DNA from: a bacterium
GTDB taxonomy: Bacteria; Cyanobacteriota; Vampirovibrionia; Gastranaerophilales; JBAXKC01
Direction: 5' to 3'
Length of the DNA stretch: 53,740 nt
Assembly: GCA_037137535.1 (NCBI GenBank)
Contig: JBAXKC010000019.1
Location: 1-53,740, forward strand
Shown here: piece after piece, positions 29,341-40,044 of the stretch
How positions within the stretch are numbered: position 1 is the first letter of the stretch
How the letters are laid out: every line of letters begins with the position of its first letter
The notes under the pieces: generated by a model
Seen by the model: only the letters and a program-made list of their open reading frames with translations
Database searches by the model: none
Told to the model about the DNA's origin: nothing
Made by a program: the position numbers and the translations under genes

Positions 29341-32152
29341 TATTAATCAAGAATTATTTGATGTGGTTTATGCATCATTGAGAAACAAGGAAAAAATTGA
29401 AAACAGTATTACATTACTTTTGATACAGTCAGAAGTAAAAAGATTTGCAGCGTTATATGACGGAGCAGATATTAGTTTAGTAACAAATAAACTACAGAGT
29501 CATTTCACAATAGGAATTGGGAAAAGTGAAACATTATACAATCAAAAAAGACCCTGGATTTCAAATTATAAACAGGGCAAACCAAATTTAGAGGATTTCC
29601 CTTTCTGGAATAATTATAAAAGATATTTAAGGGAAGTTTTAGAATACCCGTTAGTTGTGGTAAATGAAATTGATGACAGCACAGATTCTATTTTGGATGG
29701 AATGGAAAACCCAGGCATTGGTAACAGCTTCGAAAAAAAGGGTATGGTCATTGGATATGTTCAGTCAGGGAAAACAGGGAATTATGTTGGTCTTATAAAC
29801 AAAGCACTGGATGTAGGATATAATTTTATTGTGGTATTAGCCGGATTGCATAATAATCTTCGGCAACAGACTCAGTTTAGAATAGATCAGGGAGTCAACG
29901 GATTACAAATGATTAACGGACAGTTATCGGCAGTTGGCGTAGGACGTTTACCTAATAAATATTCAAATACACATACGCAGACTTTAACAACCTCGGACAT
30001 TAATGGAGATTTCAGAGCTGCTGCTGCAAATATGAACGGCATTAATTTTAATATAAATACTCCATTAATTGCAGTAATAAAAAAGAACATATCACCTCTT
30101 AAAAATCTGAATTCCTGGCTCGATAATGTTATAGGTATTAATATGCAGGAACGTTCAGATAAAGCCGTTTTAATTATTGATGATGAGTGTGATCAAGCGA
30201 GTATTGACAACAATTTTAAATGGACAGATTTAAATGCCCCAATACCAGACGAGGATGGAAATATTAATAATGAAAATACACCCTCCCGAATTAATGAATT
30301 AATTAATTCTTTATTAAACAAATTCAGCAGAAGGGCTTATGTTGGATATACAGCTACACCATACGCAAATGTGTTTATCCCGATTGATAATGAGAATTAT
30401 AAAAATATTTTTCCGGAAGACTTTATAGTAAGACTTGATCAGCCATCCAATTATTTAGGTCCGGAAAGATATTTTGGAAATTCAGAAAATAATGATGATT
30501 TACCAGGTATTCTAGAAATTGACCCGGAGGAAGGTTTTACAGATCAGATAAAATCATTTGCAAAAGAGGAAATTGATTCATTTGACATTCCTGAATCACT
30601 TAAAACTGCGACAAAAGTTTACATATTATCGGGAGCTATCAGATTTTACAGAGGTCAGGAAAAAGCACATATGTCTATGCTAATTCATGCAACACATTTA
30701 AAATCCGTACAAAATTATTTAGGCAAAATATTTAAAGGTTACTGGAAAGAGTTAGTACATAAAATTAAACAAAATGATTCTGTAATATGGAACGATTTAG
30801 AACAAATATATTATGGTGAATATGTAAAAGGTCTCAGATATAATATAGAAAGCCAGGAATTTTATTCATATAAATTTTCCGGTCATGAAGCCTTTAAAAC
30901 AGGCAATTTTGATTTGCCATCAGAATTTAAAGAATTAAGTGATTTCATCAGAAGTTTTATTTCATCAGTAAATGTGTTAATAATTAATTCATCACCTGAA
31001 AACAAAACCGAAAAATTAGATTATCATTTATATTCAAAAGACGGAAGAAAATTAATAGTAATTGGTGGTAATACCATGTCAAGAGGATTGACACTTGAGG
31101 GTTTGCAAACAAGTTATTTCATAAGACACGCAGGAGCGTTTGACACTTTAATGCAGATGGGGAGATGGTTTGGATACAGGACAAATTACGGAGATTTATG
31201 CAGAATTATAACCGACTCTGATATAGTAAATGATTTCTGCGAAATTTGTATGGCTGATTTAGTTGTCAGGGATAATATTTCCGCAATGATACGAAGCAAC
31301 GCATCACCACGGGATTTTCTGATACAGGTCCGCCAATCTAATACAAGCCTTGCTATAACAACAAAAATGGGCGCTTCAGGGCAAATGAGAATTAGCTGGG
31401 CGGGAGGAGAAATTGCATCAACTTTAATTGAAAAGAATCCACTGATTATCAAACAAAATCATAAAACATTAATTACATTAATTGATAAAATAAAGGTTAA
31501 ATATATTCCTCAAAAGGATTCAAATAAAATAGTTTTTAAAAAAATACCTCTTGATTTATTTGAAAATTTTAATTCGGAATTTTCTTTAGTAAATAACAAT
31601 GGCAATTTAAATCTTAAAAAAATATTTGAGTATTATAAAGTTTGCAAATTTGATTCTGTTGATCTGGTTATACTAGGTAGACAAAAAGGTAATAATGCCC
31701 AAGACCTGAATTTTACTTATTGTGGTAATGAAATAGGTTTGGCTCAGAGGGTTAGTAAAGATCCTGAAAAAAATAATATCTTTTTTAAGGTTAGAAATGG
31801 TAAACTTACTGATGCTGATTATCTGGCGGGTTTTAGTAATGAAAAATTATCAGCCTCTGATTCAAAAAAACCATCAATAGTCTGCGCTCATCTGGACAGG
31901 CCTGTTATTACTTTGCTTGCGATGGATCCAAGATATTTTTTTCTTGAAAGAGAACTATCAGAAGGTGAGATACCAAATGAAAAAATTGTTGATTCAACTA
32001 AAATTAATCAGTTAGGAGGGTTTAATCAAAGCGAGCAAATCCCCTATGGGATTTCAATTGCAACGCCTTCAAAAAACGAAGACGGTGTTAATTTAATAGA
32101 AGAAAATGTATTAATTAATGTAACTGTAAGAGACAACATAAAAAATTACTAA
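29321..32152 (+). CDS. Z1 domain SF2 helicase-like protein (MzaC-like)
   Basis: VQSGKT, IIDDECD, GYTATP, SRGLTLEGL, QMGRWFGYR. Confidence 0.92.
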   Translation: MKKTMTNINQELFDVVYASLRNKEKIENSITLLLIQSEVKRFAALYDGADISLVTNKLQSHFTIGIGKSETLYNQKRPWISNYKQGKPNLEDFPFWNNYKRYLREVLEYPLVVVNEIDDSTDSILDGMENPGIGNSFEKKGMVIGYVQSGKTGNYVGLINKALDVGYNFIVVLAGLHNNLRQQTQFRIDQGVNGLQMINGQLSAVGVGRLPNKYSNTHTQTLTTSDINGDFRAAAANMNGINFNINTPLIAVIKKNISPLKNLNSWLDNVIGINMQERSDKAVLIIDDECDQASIDNNFKWTDLNAPIPDEDGNINNENTPSRINELINSLLNKFSRRAYVGYTATPYANVFIPIDNENYKNIFPEDFIVRLDQPSNYLGPERYFGNSENNDDLPGILEIDPEEGFTDQIKSFAKEEIDSFDIPESLKTATKVYILSGAIRFYRGQEKAHMSMLIHATHLKSVQNYLGKIFKGYWKELVHKIKQNDSVIWNDLEQIYYGEYVKGLRYNIESQEFYSYKFSGHEAFKTGNFDLPSEFKELSDFIRSFISSVNVLIINSSPENKTEKLDYHLYSKDGRKLIVIGGNTMSRGLTLEGLQTSYFIRHAGAFDTLMQMGRWFGYRTNYGDLCRIITDSDIVNDFCEICMADLVVRDNISAMIRSNASPRDFLIQVRQSNTSLAITTKMGASGQMRISWAGGEIASTLIEKNPLIIKQNHKTLITLIDKIKVKYIPQKDSNKIVFKKIPLDLFENFNSEFSLVNNNGNLNLKKIFEYYKVCKFDSVDLVILGRQKGNNAQDLNFTYCGNEIGLAQRVSKDPEKNNIFFKVRNGKLTDADYLAGFSNEKLSASDSKKPSIVCAHLDRPVITLLAMDPRYFFLERELSEGEIPNEKIVDSTKINQLGGFNQSEQIPYGISIATPSKNEDGVNLIEENVLINVTVRDNIKNY

Positions 32153-32162
32153 AATAACACCA

Positions 32163-33194
32163 ATGAACTATTTGGAAATTTTTACAGAATTGATTGAGAT
32201 ACCGAAATCAACCAATAAGTATATAACAAGATTGGTTGATTTTGATAAAACAAACCCATGCCGATATAAAATTATTTTAGCCGTCGATAAAGATGAAAAT
32301 AATCAGCAATGTGTTATAATTCAATTAAAAAATGGTGGTCCACATTCAAAAGTTATTATAAACAATATCAATACCCTTAATAGTATCAAAATTGATATGT
32401 TTCCAGCTGAAATCGGATCTGAACTTGATGTATATTATTCTATTAAACTCTCTTCGAACACAGAAGATGAAATATTTTATACATTCATTGCTGATATAAT
32501 TGCTACAGCCAAAAATTCTACTTCTGACCTTATTGTTTTGGATATTCTCAAAAGGGTAAAATCATGGATGAATTTTTTTAAAGCGAAAAACTCAGGAATA
32601 CTAAATGATAACAGGCAAATTGGTCTTTTTGCTGAATTGTCGCTTTTAAAAATGCTACTGGAAAAAAATACAAACGATCTTTTAGATATTATTTTAAGCT
32701 GGGTGGGGCCCAGGGGCCAGAACCAGGATTTTATTTTTAAAAATAAATGCGCTTTTGAAGTTAAATGTTCAACCAATAATAATCCATTTGAAGTAACAAT
32801 TAATAATGAGTATCAGCTTGATTGCAGTGATCTTAAAAAACTATTTCTTACAACTTTTCAAGTAAAAAGGCATAAAAATACCGAATCATCCAATTTTTTA
32901 ACACTCCCTTTTATAGTATCTGAAATAAAAAAAATTCTTTCTAAAAATTCTAGCGCAAAATTTGAATTTGAAGGATTATTACTAGAGGTTGGATATCTTG
33001 CTGAAGCCGAGGTGGAATATTTGAAATACGGGTTTCAAATTATTAGTGGCCCTGTTTCGTATGAAGTTGTAGAAAGTTTTCCAAAGTTAGCAAGAGTGAA
33101 TTTGCCAAACCCTGTAAGTAAAGTAGAATACAAAATTAACCTTCAGAATCAGACTGTTTTTCCTGGAGATTTATTCAGCCAAATAGATAATTAA
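32163..33194 (+). CDS. DUF4420 PD-(D/E)XK protein (MzaD-like)
   Basis: GLFAEL, WVGP...QDF...FEVK; position between Z1 and AIPR. Confidence 0.88.
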   Translation: MNYLEIFTELIEIPKSTNKYITRLVDFDKTNPCRYKIILAVDKDENNQQCVIIQLKNGGPHSKVIINNINTLNSIKIDMFPAEIGSELDVYYSIKLSSNTEDEIFYTFIADIIATAKNSTSDLIVLDILKRVKSWMNFFKAKNSGILNDNRQIGLFAELSLLKMLLEKNTNDLLDIILSWVGPRGQNQDFIFKNKCAFEVKCSTNNNPFEVTINNEYQLDCSDLKKLFLTTFQVKRHKNTESSNFLTLPFIVSEIKKILSKNSSAKFEFEGLLLEVGYLAEAEVEYLKYGFQIISGPVSYEVVESFPKLARVNLPNPVSKVEYKINLQNQTVFPGDLFSQIDN

Positions 33195-33196
33195 AA

Positions 33197-35353
33197 ATGA
33201 GCCACTTCAAAACCTTAAATTCTACAGTCAATGATAAACTATCTGGAGAAGATGGATTTAATGCAGAGAATGCATTCACGCTGATATGTGCAGATTATTT
33301 ACAGGAAACAGTGGAAATCCCTGATTTTCAGATATCAGATTATTATCTTGAAAAAAAGGGTGGCCAGGATTTAAAAATAAATGGCTTTTGTTTAAATGAA
33401 AGTGAAGAGATGTTATATCTTTTTATAACAGATTATAACACCGATACCTCTGAAATAAATTTAAATCAAAAAAATGTTGAAAATTTATTTAAACAGTTAT
33501 ACAGAGTTTTAAATTATGTTATCAGGGTTAATGATGTTGATATTCCCCAATCCCATATTCTTTATGAACTAAATCAGTTTTTTGCAACAAAAAAAAGGGA
33601 TCAGTTACTTCAAATCAACTTTTATCTTTTCACAAATAACAAAGCTGTTAACAGAAAGGAAATCGATCCAAAATCGATTTTAGCAGGAAATGATCTTAAT
33701 TCCAAAATTGATTTTACATTCAGAATTGTTGATCTAAATGAGCTAGAAAGAATTCATAAAAACAACCAGGAGATTAATATTGAGGTATCGTTATTTTATC
33801 ATAAACCAATAACAGTATTAAAACCACATATTGATAATCCAAGTTATGGTACTGCAATAGCAATTTTCTCAGGAGAATTTTTATTTAATATTTATAAAGA
33901 ATTTAAAGGAAGGTTACTTGAAAGCAATGTAAGGTCATTTTTGTCAGCTAATGTAAGTGTTAATAAGGGAATCGCTTCTACTTTAGTTAACGATCCAGGC
34001 ATGTTTCTAGCATATAATAATGGGCTCTGTATAACAGTTTCAAAAATTGAAATGAATTCCGATGGAACAGTTAAAGAGTTTAAAAATTTTCAAATAGTAA
34101 ATGGAGGTCAGACCACATCTTCAATATATTTTTCAAAGAAAAAGAACGAGGGAATAAAACTAGAGCGTGTAAATGTAATGGCAAAAATTACTGAATTAAA
34201 GAGAAATATAGATTCGGCAAAAATTCAAAAGAAAATTGCAATTAATAGTAATTTACAAAATGCAGTTAAAAATTCAGATTTAACCAGCAATGAAGAATTT
34301 TTAAAAAATCTCCATACCTGCTCGAAAAAATTCAGAAACCCCAAGTCCAATAATTATTATTATTTTGAAAACACAAGAGGACAATATAAACTTGAGAGAG
34401 ATTTAAGCAGAGATGTAAATAAATTCAATAATCTTTATCCAATTAAAAATTTTATTGATAAATCTATGTTATCAATTTTATTTTTCTGCGCTTATAAAAA
34501 AGAATTAATGCCATATATATCTGTTCAAAGTGCAGAGAAAAGATATCTCATTTTAAATGCAAAAATGGATGAAGAAAATAAATTTTTGAGTGAAAATTAT
34601 TTTATACGAATTGCAGGTTCTTATATATTGTATCAACAATTTGATAAAATATACGGGACAGGAAAAAATGCTGTTGGAAAAATTAAAAAAAATGTAATTG
34701 CTTACTCAATTTCATTAATTCAATCCGATTTATTAAAAGATGGAAATAACATTGATTTTGCTGATATATGGAAAAAAGGTTTACCCGAAGGCTCGGAAAA
34801 TGTTATAAAAGCCTATCTGACTTATATAAACAAACTTCTTCTGGATAAACTTAATGATGGAAGACTGGATGAAGCATGTAAAAAAGAGGAGTCATGGAAT
34901 TTAATTCTTAAAAAAGCTGATATCAAACAAATCAACAATGTAAGTAAATGGCTGCCTGTTATTAAATATAAAAAAGATACAGAAAACACAATTAACTCAG
35001 ACTTTGCCTTGTTAGATAAACATGAGGTACTTATTGAGGAGATTAATAAAAAAATATACACTGCAGAAAGATATAAGAAATTAATTACGAGGGTTAAAAA
35101 TGAAATTGAATCAAATAGTGAGGATGGAATGTCTTTATATAACAGAAGTCATGAAACATTATTAAAAAATCACTTTCAGCCAAACCCTGGATGTACAGAA
35201 ATCACTCCGAAGAGTTATAAAATTTATTTGCTATCCTGTCAGAAAGCTGACGGAACAATTGTAAAAAACAGATTAAGCGAACTTAAAATTCAAATTGAAG
35301 AATTATCAAGAGTTTTTGATGCAGTTCTGAATGATCCTTTACTGACATTATAA
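33197..35353 (+). CDS. AIPR family protein (MzaE-like)
   Basis: NVRSFL, FLAYNNG, QIVNGGQT, NLQN. Confidence 0.92.
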   Translation: MSHFKTLNSTVNDKLSGEDGFNAENAFTLICADYLQETVEIPDFQISDYYLEKKGGQDLKINGFCLNESEEMLYLFITDYNTDTSEINLNQKNVENLFKQLYRVLNYVIRVNDVDIPQSHILYELNQFFATKKRDQLLQINFYLFTNNKAVNRKEIDPKSILAGNDLNSKIDFTFRIVDLNELERIHKNNQEINIEVSLFYHKPITVLKPHIDNPSYGTAIAIFSGEFLFNIYKEFKGRLLESNVRSFLSANVSVNKGIASTLVNDPGMFLAYNNGLCITVSKIEMNSDGTVKEFKNFQIVNGGQTTSSIYFSKKKNEGIKLERVNVMAKITELKRNIDSAKIQKKIAINSNLQNAVKNSDLTSNEEFLKNLHTCSKKFRNPKSNNYYYFENTRGQYKLERDLSRDVNKFNNLYPIKNFIDKSMLSILFFCAYKKELMPYISVQSAEKRYLILNAKMDEENKFLSENYFIRIAGSYILYQQFDKIYGTGKNAVGKIKKNVIAYSISLIQSDLLKDGNNIDFADIWKKGLPEGSENVIKAYLTYINKLLLDKLNDGRLDEACKKEESWNLILKKADIKQINNVSKWLPVIKYKKDTENTINSDFALLDKHEVLIEEINKKIYTAERYKKLITRVKNEIESNSEDGMSLYNRSHETLLKNHFQPNPGCTEITPKSYKIYLLSCQKADGTIVKNRLSELKIQIEELSRVFDAVLNDPLLTL

Positions 35354-35385
35354 TATACACCAAAATGAAAATAAATTAAATCAAT

Positions 35386-35796
35386 ATGGCTGATGTTCAT
35401 ACCAAAATTGTCAGAAGTTACAATATGAGGCAGATCAAAAGCAAAAACACTAAGCCTGAGCTGCTAGTTAGAAAATTTTTGTTCAGTAAAGGTTTTAGGT
35501 ACAGACTGCATTCGAAAAATTTACCTGGGAAACCCGATATAGTTTTAGCAAAATACAAGACAGTAATTTTTGTGAATGGATGTTTCTGGCATGGCCATGA
35601 AAATTGTAAATATTTTAAAATTCCAAAAACGAGGACAGAATGGTGGACTGAGAAAATAAATAAGAATAAAGAAAATGATACACTTAATTGTAATGCACTT
35701 GCTGATATGGGATACAATGTTATTAATGTCTGGGAGTGTAAAGTGAGAAACAATGAAATTTTCAAAATTCTCATTAATAAGATCGTAAAACCATAA
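35386..35796 (+). CDS. vsr: Very short patch repair endonuclease
   Basis: MADV, TKPELLVRK, LPGKPDIV, FVNGCFWHGH. Confidence 0.95.
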   Translation: MADVHTKIVRSYNMRQIKSKNTKPELLVRKFLFSKGFRYRLHSKNLPGKPDIVLAKYKTVIFVNGCFWHGHENCKYFKIPKTRTEWWTEKINKNKENDTLNCNALADMGYNVINVWECKVRNNEIFKILINKIVKP

Positions 35797-35838
35797 AATA
35801 TATTCCCGATAACCAAAGAAAATCTAAAATGAATATGT

Positions 35839-37833
35839 ATGCAAAAAATGACTTCTTTAAATATTGATAAATGGAGGCCTATAAACGAACCTCTTTTTAA
35901 GGCTTATATAGCATGTTATAATATGCTGGCAAATGGTAGCGAAACAGATCCGGGTGATGCAATGGTAAAGGCTCTATCAGATCAGAGTATTTTATATAAA
36001 GTAGGGAAAGATAATTATAAAACATTTTACATAATCGCAAGAGAATTGGGGGTATTTTATCAGGATAATAGTGGCAATTATTTTCTTGGTGAAAATGCTT
36101 TAAAATATGTTGATCAGAAAATTTCATATTCTGATTATATGAAACATTATATATTAAATTCTGAGTTCCTGATAAATAATATTATTGTTCATCCATTCAG
36201 TGAAATTACTAATTCATTAATTCCTGTTCCATTAAAATTTGAAAAATTAATCAACAAGTGTACAAATTGTATTCCTTTAAATGAAAGGGGAACAAATGCA
36301 ACTAATAATTTTTATGCTTTTTTGCAAAGGGCAATTGAAGCAGGTTTAGTTAAAAAAAACAATCTGAATGAATATTATTTGGTGAAAGACTTAAAAATGA
36401 CCAAGTCTGCCATTAACTATAGCTCTTTGAATGTCTCACAATTTACAGAACGGTTTATTGGAGGAGGAAAAATAAAACAGGAAAACATTGTAAAGCAAAT
36501 GATAAACAGAAATATAATTCCCGAAATAATGGATGGAACTATTGCAGGGTCTTTAGAAAATATAAAAAAGATTCCTTTGAACCAGATATTATTCGGACCT
36601 CCTGGAACTGGAAAGACTGATGCTACGGTAGAAAGGTCACTTGAAATACTTGGAATGTTATCTCAAGAGAGTGATGAAAAAATAAAAAGACAGCAAAACA
36701 GGGAAAAATTCAGGGAATTATTAAAGAGCAGGATTTTCTTTGTCACAATGCACCCTTCCTATAGTTATGAAGATTTTGTCCAGGGAATTAAACCTAAAAC
36801 CTCTCCTAAATTCGAATTATTATTTGAACCTAAGCCGGGAATATTTAAAATAGTTTCAGATTTGGCTAAAACTGTATACGAAAATGATGGCGAGCAATAT
36901 GATGACGAGATTGATAATAAGGATATTTTACGTGTTTGTTATTTTCTTTCAAAATTTAATAATAGAACAAGCAAAGAAGCAAATTTATATTTTGGATCAT
37001 CAAGCAACGGTGAAGTATTTTCAGTTGTCGGCTCAAAGTTAAAAGCTAACCCTAATTCAATAAAAAATCATCGGGATAAATTCGATTTCTTAACAGATTC
37101 AGGGAGAAAAGGTTGGAAGCCACAGAATGGGAGTACAGATGAATTGGATAATTCCATTTTGTGGCCTTATCAGGATATTTATATGGAGCTAAAAGATAAG
37201 ACATTTAAAGAGGTTAAACAGATAGTTGAATCAATTGAAAAGAAGGCCGATAAAAAAGTAATTAAAACTCTTGATAATTTAAATTATGTTCTTATTCTCG
37301 ATGAAATTAATAGAGCTAATATTTCTAAAGTTTTCGGTGAGTTAATCACTTTGCTAGAAGAAGATAAACGTATAGGTAGTGAAAATGAACTTTCTGTTAC
37401 CCTGCCTTCGGGTGAGGATTTTTCAGTACCTCCAAACCTTTATATTATTGGCACAATGAATACTGCTGATAAATCAATAGCACTTGTGGACATTGCATTG
37501 AGGAGACGATTTCAATTTATTCCGGTTTATCCTAACTCAGATATTGTAAGAGCCTATTGTAAAAGTGTTGATGTAAATGATAAGGCTGATTTTATGGATA
37601 AATTAAATAAAAAACTAAGAGAAATTAAAGGGGTGGATTTTCAGGTAGGTCATGCATATTTTCTAAAAAATAATTCCCTTGAGGATGTTATTAATGAAAA
37701 TGTAATTCCACTTTTGGTGGAGTATTTGCGAAATGATTTGGTAAAGGTTAAAGATATGATGGCTGATCTTTCTATAAAATTAGATGATAAATATTTTTCA
37801 GAAACCGGATTATTAATGTATAAGTCATCATAA
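35839..37833 (+). CDS. mcrB: McrB family AAA+ GTPase
   Basis: FGPPGTGKT, HPSYSYEDFVQG, ILDEINR, GTMNTAD, ALRRRF, GHAYF. Confidence 0.93.
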   Translation: MQKMTSLNIDKWRPINEPLFKAYIACYNMLANGSETDPGDAMVKALSDQSILYKVGKDNYKTFYIIARELGVFYQDNSGNYFLGENALKYVDQKISYSDYMKHYILNSEFLINNIIVHPFSEITNSLIPVPLKFEKLINKCTNCIPLNERGTNATNNFYAFLQRAIEAGLVKKNNLNEYYLVKDLKMTKSAINYSSLNVSQFTERFIGGGKIKQENIVKQMINRNIIPEIMDGTIAGSLENIKKIPLNQILFGPPGTGKTDATVERSLEILGMLSQESDEKIKRQQNREKFRELLKSRIFFVTMHPSYSYEDFVQGIKPKTSPKFELLFEPKPGIFKIVSDLAKTVYENDGEQYDDEIDNKDILRVCYFLSKFNNRTSKEANLYFGSSSNGEVFSVVGSKLKANPNSIKNHRDKFDFLTDSGRKGWKPQNGSTDELDNSILWPYQDIYMELKDKTFKEVKQIVESIEKKADKKVIKTLDNLNYVLILDEINRANISKVFGELITLLEEDKRIGSENELSVTLPSGEDFSVPPNLYIIGTMNTADKSIALVDIALRRRFQFIPVYPNSDIVRAYCKSVDVNDKADFMDKLNKKLREIKGVDFQVGHAYFLKNNSLEDVINENVIPLLVEYLRNDLVKVKDMMADLSIKLDDKYFSETGLLMYKSS

Positions 37834-39299
37834 TGCCTAAAGTTGTTAATCTTTTTGAATTTGGAAAATATTCATGGAAAAATTCTGAAGAATTCAGAAA
37901 TATCAGGGAAAAAGAAAAATTTTCAGATGATCTTGAGGATGTTTTGGATAACATATGGAAGGACAGGAAAAAATTTATATTTTCTGAAAACCTGTATTAC
38001 GAATCAATATCGCTGAAACAGAGATATATTGAGTTTAACAAGAATGAAATTATTCCAAGAAACTGGATAGGTAGTATTTATTTCAGAAGCGGTAAAGATG
38101 AGTATGTTTTAAATCTTCTGCCAAAAATATTCTATCAAGAAAATCATAGTTACAAACCAGAAGAAATTGACAGCATTTTTGCTCATATTCTTTGGTGGCT
38201 ATCGGGTAGTGAAAAGCAGAGCTTTTCTTCGATGGAAAGTTCACTTGGTGCAATGAATTCTGATTTTCTTGAGGTCCTTCTTTATATCTTTTCCAGTTAC
38301 ACTCTTGAAATATTCTCGGCGAATGCCTACCATTATTATAGCATTATTAATGAAGACCTTGATACAGTAAGAGGGCAATTAAATTTTTCAGCATACATTA
38401 AAAATTTTGCAGTAGGTAATAAACATAAATTAAACTGCACATTTGATTCATTGCAGTATGACAATCAGTTTAATAAAATTGTGAAATATGTATGTCATCT
38501 TTTAAAGGATTTCACAAAAAATGAGCACACACGTAAAAATCTTGAGGAAATCTTATTCATTCTTGATGAAGTGGAATATGAAATAATGTCAGTTGGAGAT
38601 TGTGATAAGGTTATACTAAATTCCATTTATACTGAGTTCAGAACAATTCTTGATAACTGCCGATTATTTCTCTCATCATTATCAGTTTATAAGTGGAAGG
38701 ATGATTATCAGATTTTCGCTTTACTTATTCCGTCAGAAAAACTATTTGAAAATTTCATTTTTTCGATTATAAAAAATTATGCTGTTTCACCTGTGATTAA
38801 TGTGGACAGACACAGAAAAGGCAAAAGACTTTTTCTTGCGACTCAGAGCCCAAGCCCGGTTCCCAACCGATTCAAAATGATTAATGATATTGTTGTGACG
38901 TTTAATGATAATTCATTAATTCTTTTCGATACAAAGTATAAAAAAATACACAACACCAATTCCCTTGCAGGGAACGATACATATCCTGAATATAATATTT
39001 CACAGTCTGATATTTATCAGATGATTTCTTACGCAGTAGGCAGTGGAATTTCAGATATCGGGCTGATATTTCCGGCATTTGCTGAAGATGATATATCAGA
39101 TTCGCTGCCCATTTATGAAATAAAAGATGAATTTTCACCTGCAACAATAATCAGGATACACATTTTTAAAGTGAATATTTTTCATAATGAAAATTTGAGA
39201 ATGTCGGTAAACGGAAAGCTTGAAGAAATGTTTAAGAAAACAAAAAAACACTTAATTCTGCAACTAAACGAAGCAATAAGTAAAGTAAAATCATTATAA
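37833..39299 (+). CDS. mcrC: McrC family nuclease subunit
   Basis: Coupled to mcrB; LPKI, VRG, LFENF, DIV...FDTKYK, DIYQMISY. Confidence 0.9.
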   Translation: MPKVVNLFEFGKYSWKNSEEFRNIREKEKFSDDLEDVLDNIWKDRKKFIFSENLYYESISLKQRYIEFNKNEIIPRNWIGSIYFRSGKDEYVLNLLPKIFYQENHSYKPEEIDSIFAHILWWLSGSEKQSFSSMESSLGAMNSDFLEVLLYIFSSYTLEIFSANAYHYYSIINEDLDTVRGQLNFSAYIKNFAVGNKHKLNCTFDSLQYDNQFNKIVKYVCHLLKDFTKNEHTRKNLEEILFILDEVEYEIMSVGDCDKVILNSIYTEFRTILDNCRLFLSSLSVYKWKDDYQIFALLIPSEKLFENFIFSIIKNYAVSPVINVDRHRKGKRLFLATQSPSPVPNRFKMINDIVVTFNDNSLILFDTKYKKIHNTNSLAGNDTYPEYNISQSDIYQMISYAVGSGISDIGLIFPAFAEDDISDSLPIYEIKDEFSPATIIRIHIFKVNIFHNENLRMSVNGKLEEMFKKTKKHLILQLNEAISKVKSL

Positions 39300-39300
39300 A

Positions 39301-40044
39301 ATGGATCTGCCTGAAGAATATGTAAAACAAATTGCACTCGGAATTGATCAAACTGCGAATTTGTCTGATTTGAACAATATGACTGACAGGGGGGAATTTC
39401 CTTTAAAACCCTGGACCGCAGCGAAAACTATTTCTACTATGTCCCTGATCAGAGAATTTAATATCAGCGATGAGGAAGTGCTTTTAGAAAAATTTCAGGA
39501 ATATTCAAAAATATCAATCCAAGTATTTACCGAACAGGTATATGAACATCAAATTAAATACTTTGGTTATTACAAGTATAGTAAAGTTGTAATTTTCAGA
39601 TATACATATTGTTGTATAATAATAAATAGTCTGAAAGGAAACCAGACTGAAAAATTATTTGATGCATGGGCTAAGCAAAATGGGATTAAATTAAGTATGC
39701 CAGAATTGATCTTAGATACTAAATATCATATAGACAGGTTACAATTAAATGAAGAAAAAAAAGTGATTTCATTTATTTCGGTTAAACCAAATCTGTTTAG
39801 AAAGAACTTTATGCAATATCAGGATGTATTTGCAGGTCTGCAATTACTTACAAAAATTTCTGGCATCTCATGGAGGATTTACTACAGAGATGGGTCTGAA
39901 TTTAGGCTAATTCAGTTGAGCACTTTAGAAAGTGCCCAGCAAAAAGTAATAATTGAGTGGTCTGAAAATTATAACCCCGAAGAAATTCAAAATATTACTC
40001 CCGTAATACTAAAACTTAAAAATGAAAATCAAGTTTTAATTTAA
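39301..40044 (+). CDS. Putative PD-(D/E)XK restriction endonuclease
   Basis: GNQTE...DTKYHID...ISVKP pattern; converges on the methyltransferase genes. Confidence 0.5.
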   Translation: MDLPEEYVKQIALGIDQTANLSDLNNMTDRGEFPLKPWTAAKTISTMSLIREFNISDEEVLLEKFQEYSKISIQVFTEQVYEHQIKYFGYYKYSKVVIFRYTYCCIIINSLKGNQTEKLFDAWAKQNGIKLSMPELILDTKYHIDRLQLNEEKKVISFISVKPNLFRKNFMQYQDVFAGLQLLTKISGISWRIYYRDGSEFRLIQLSTLESAQQKVIIEWSENYNPEEIQNITPVILKLKNENQVLI

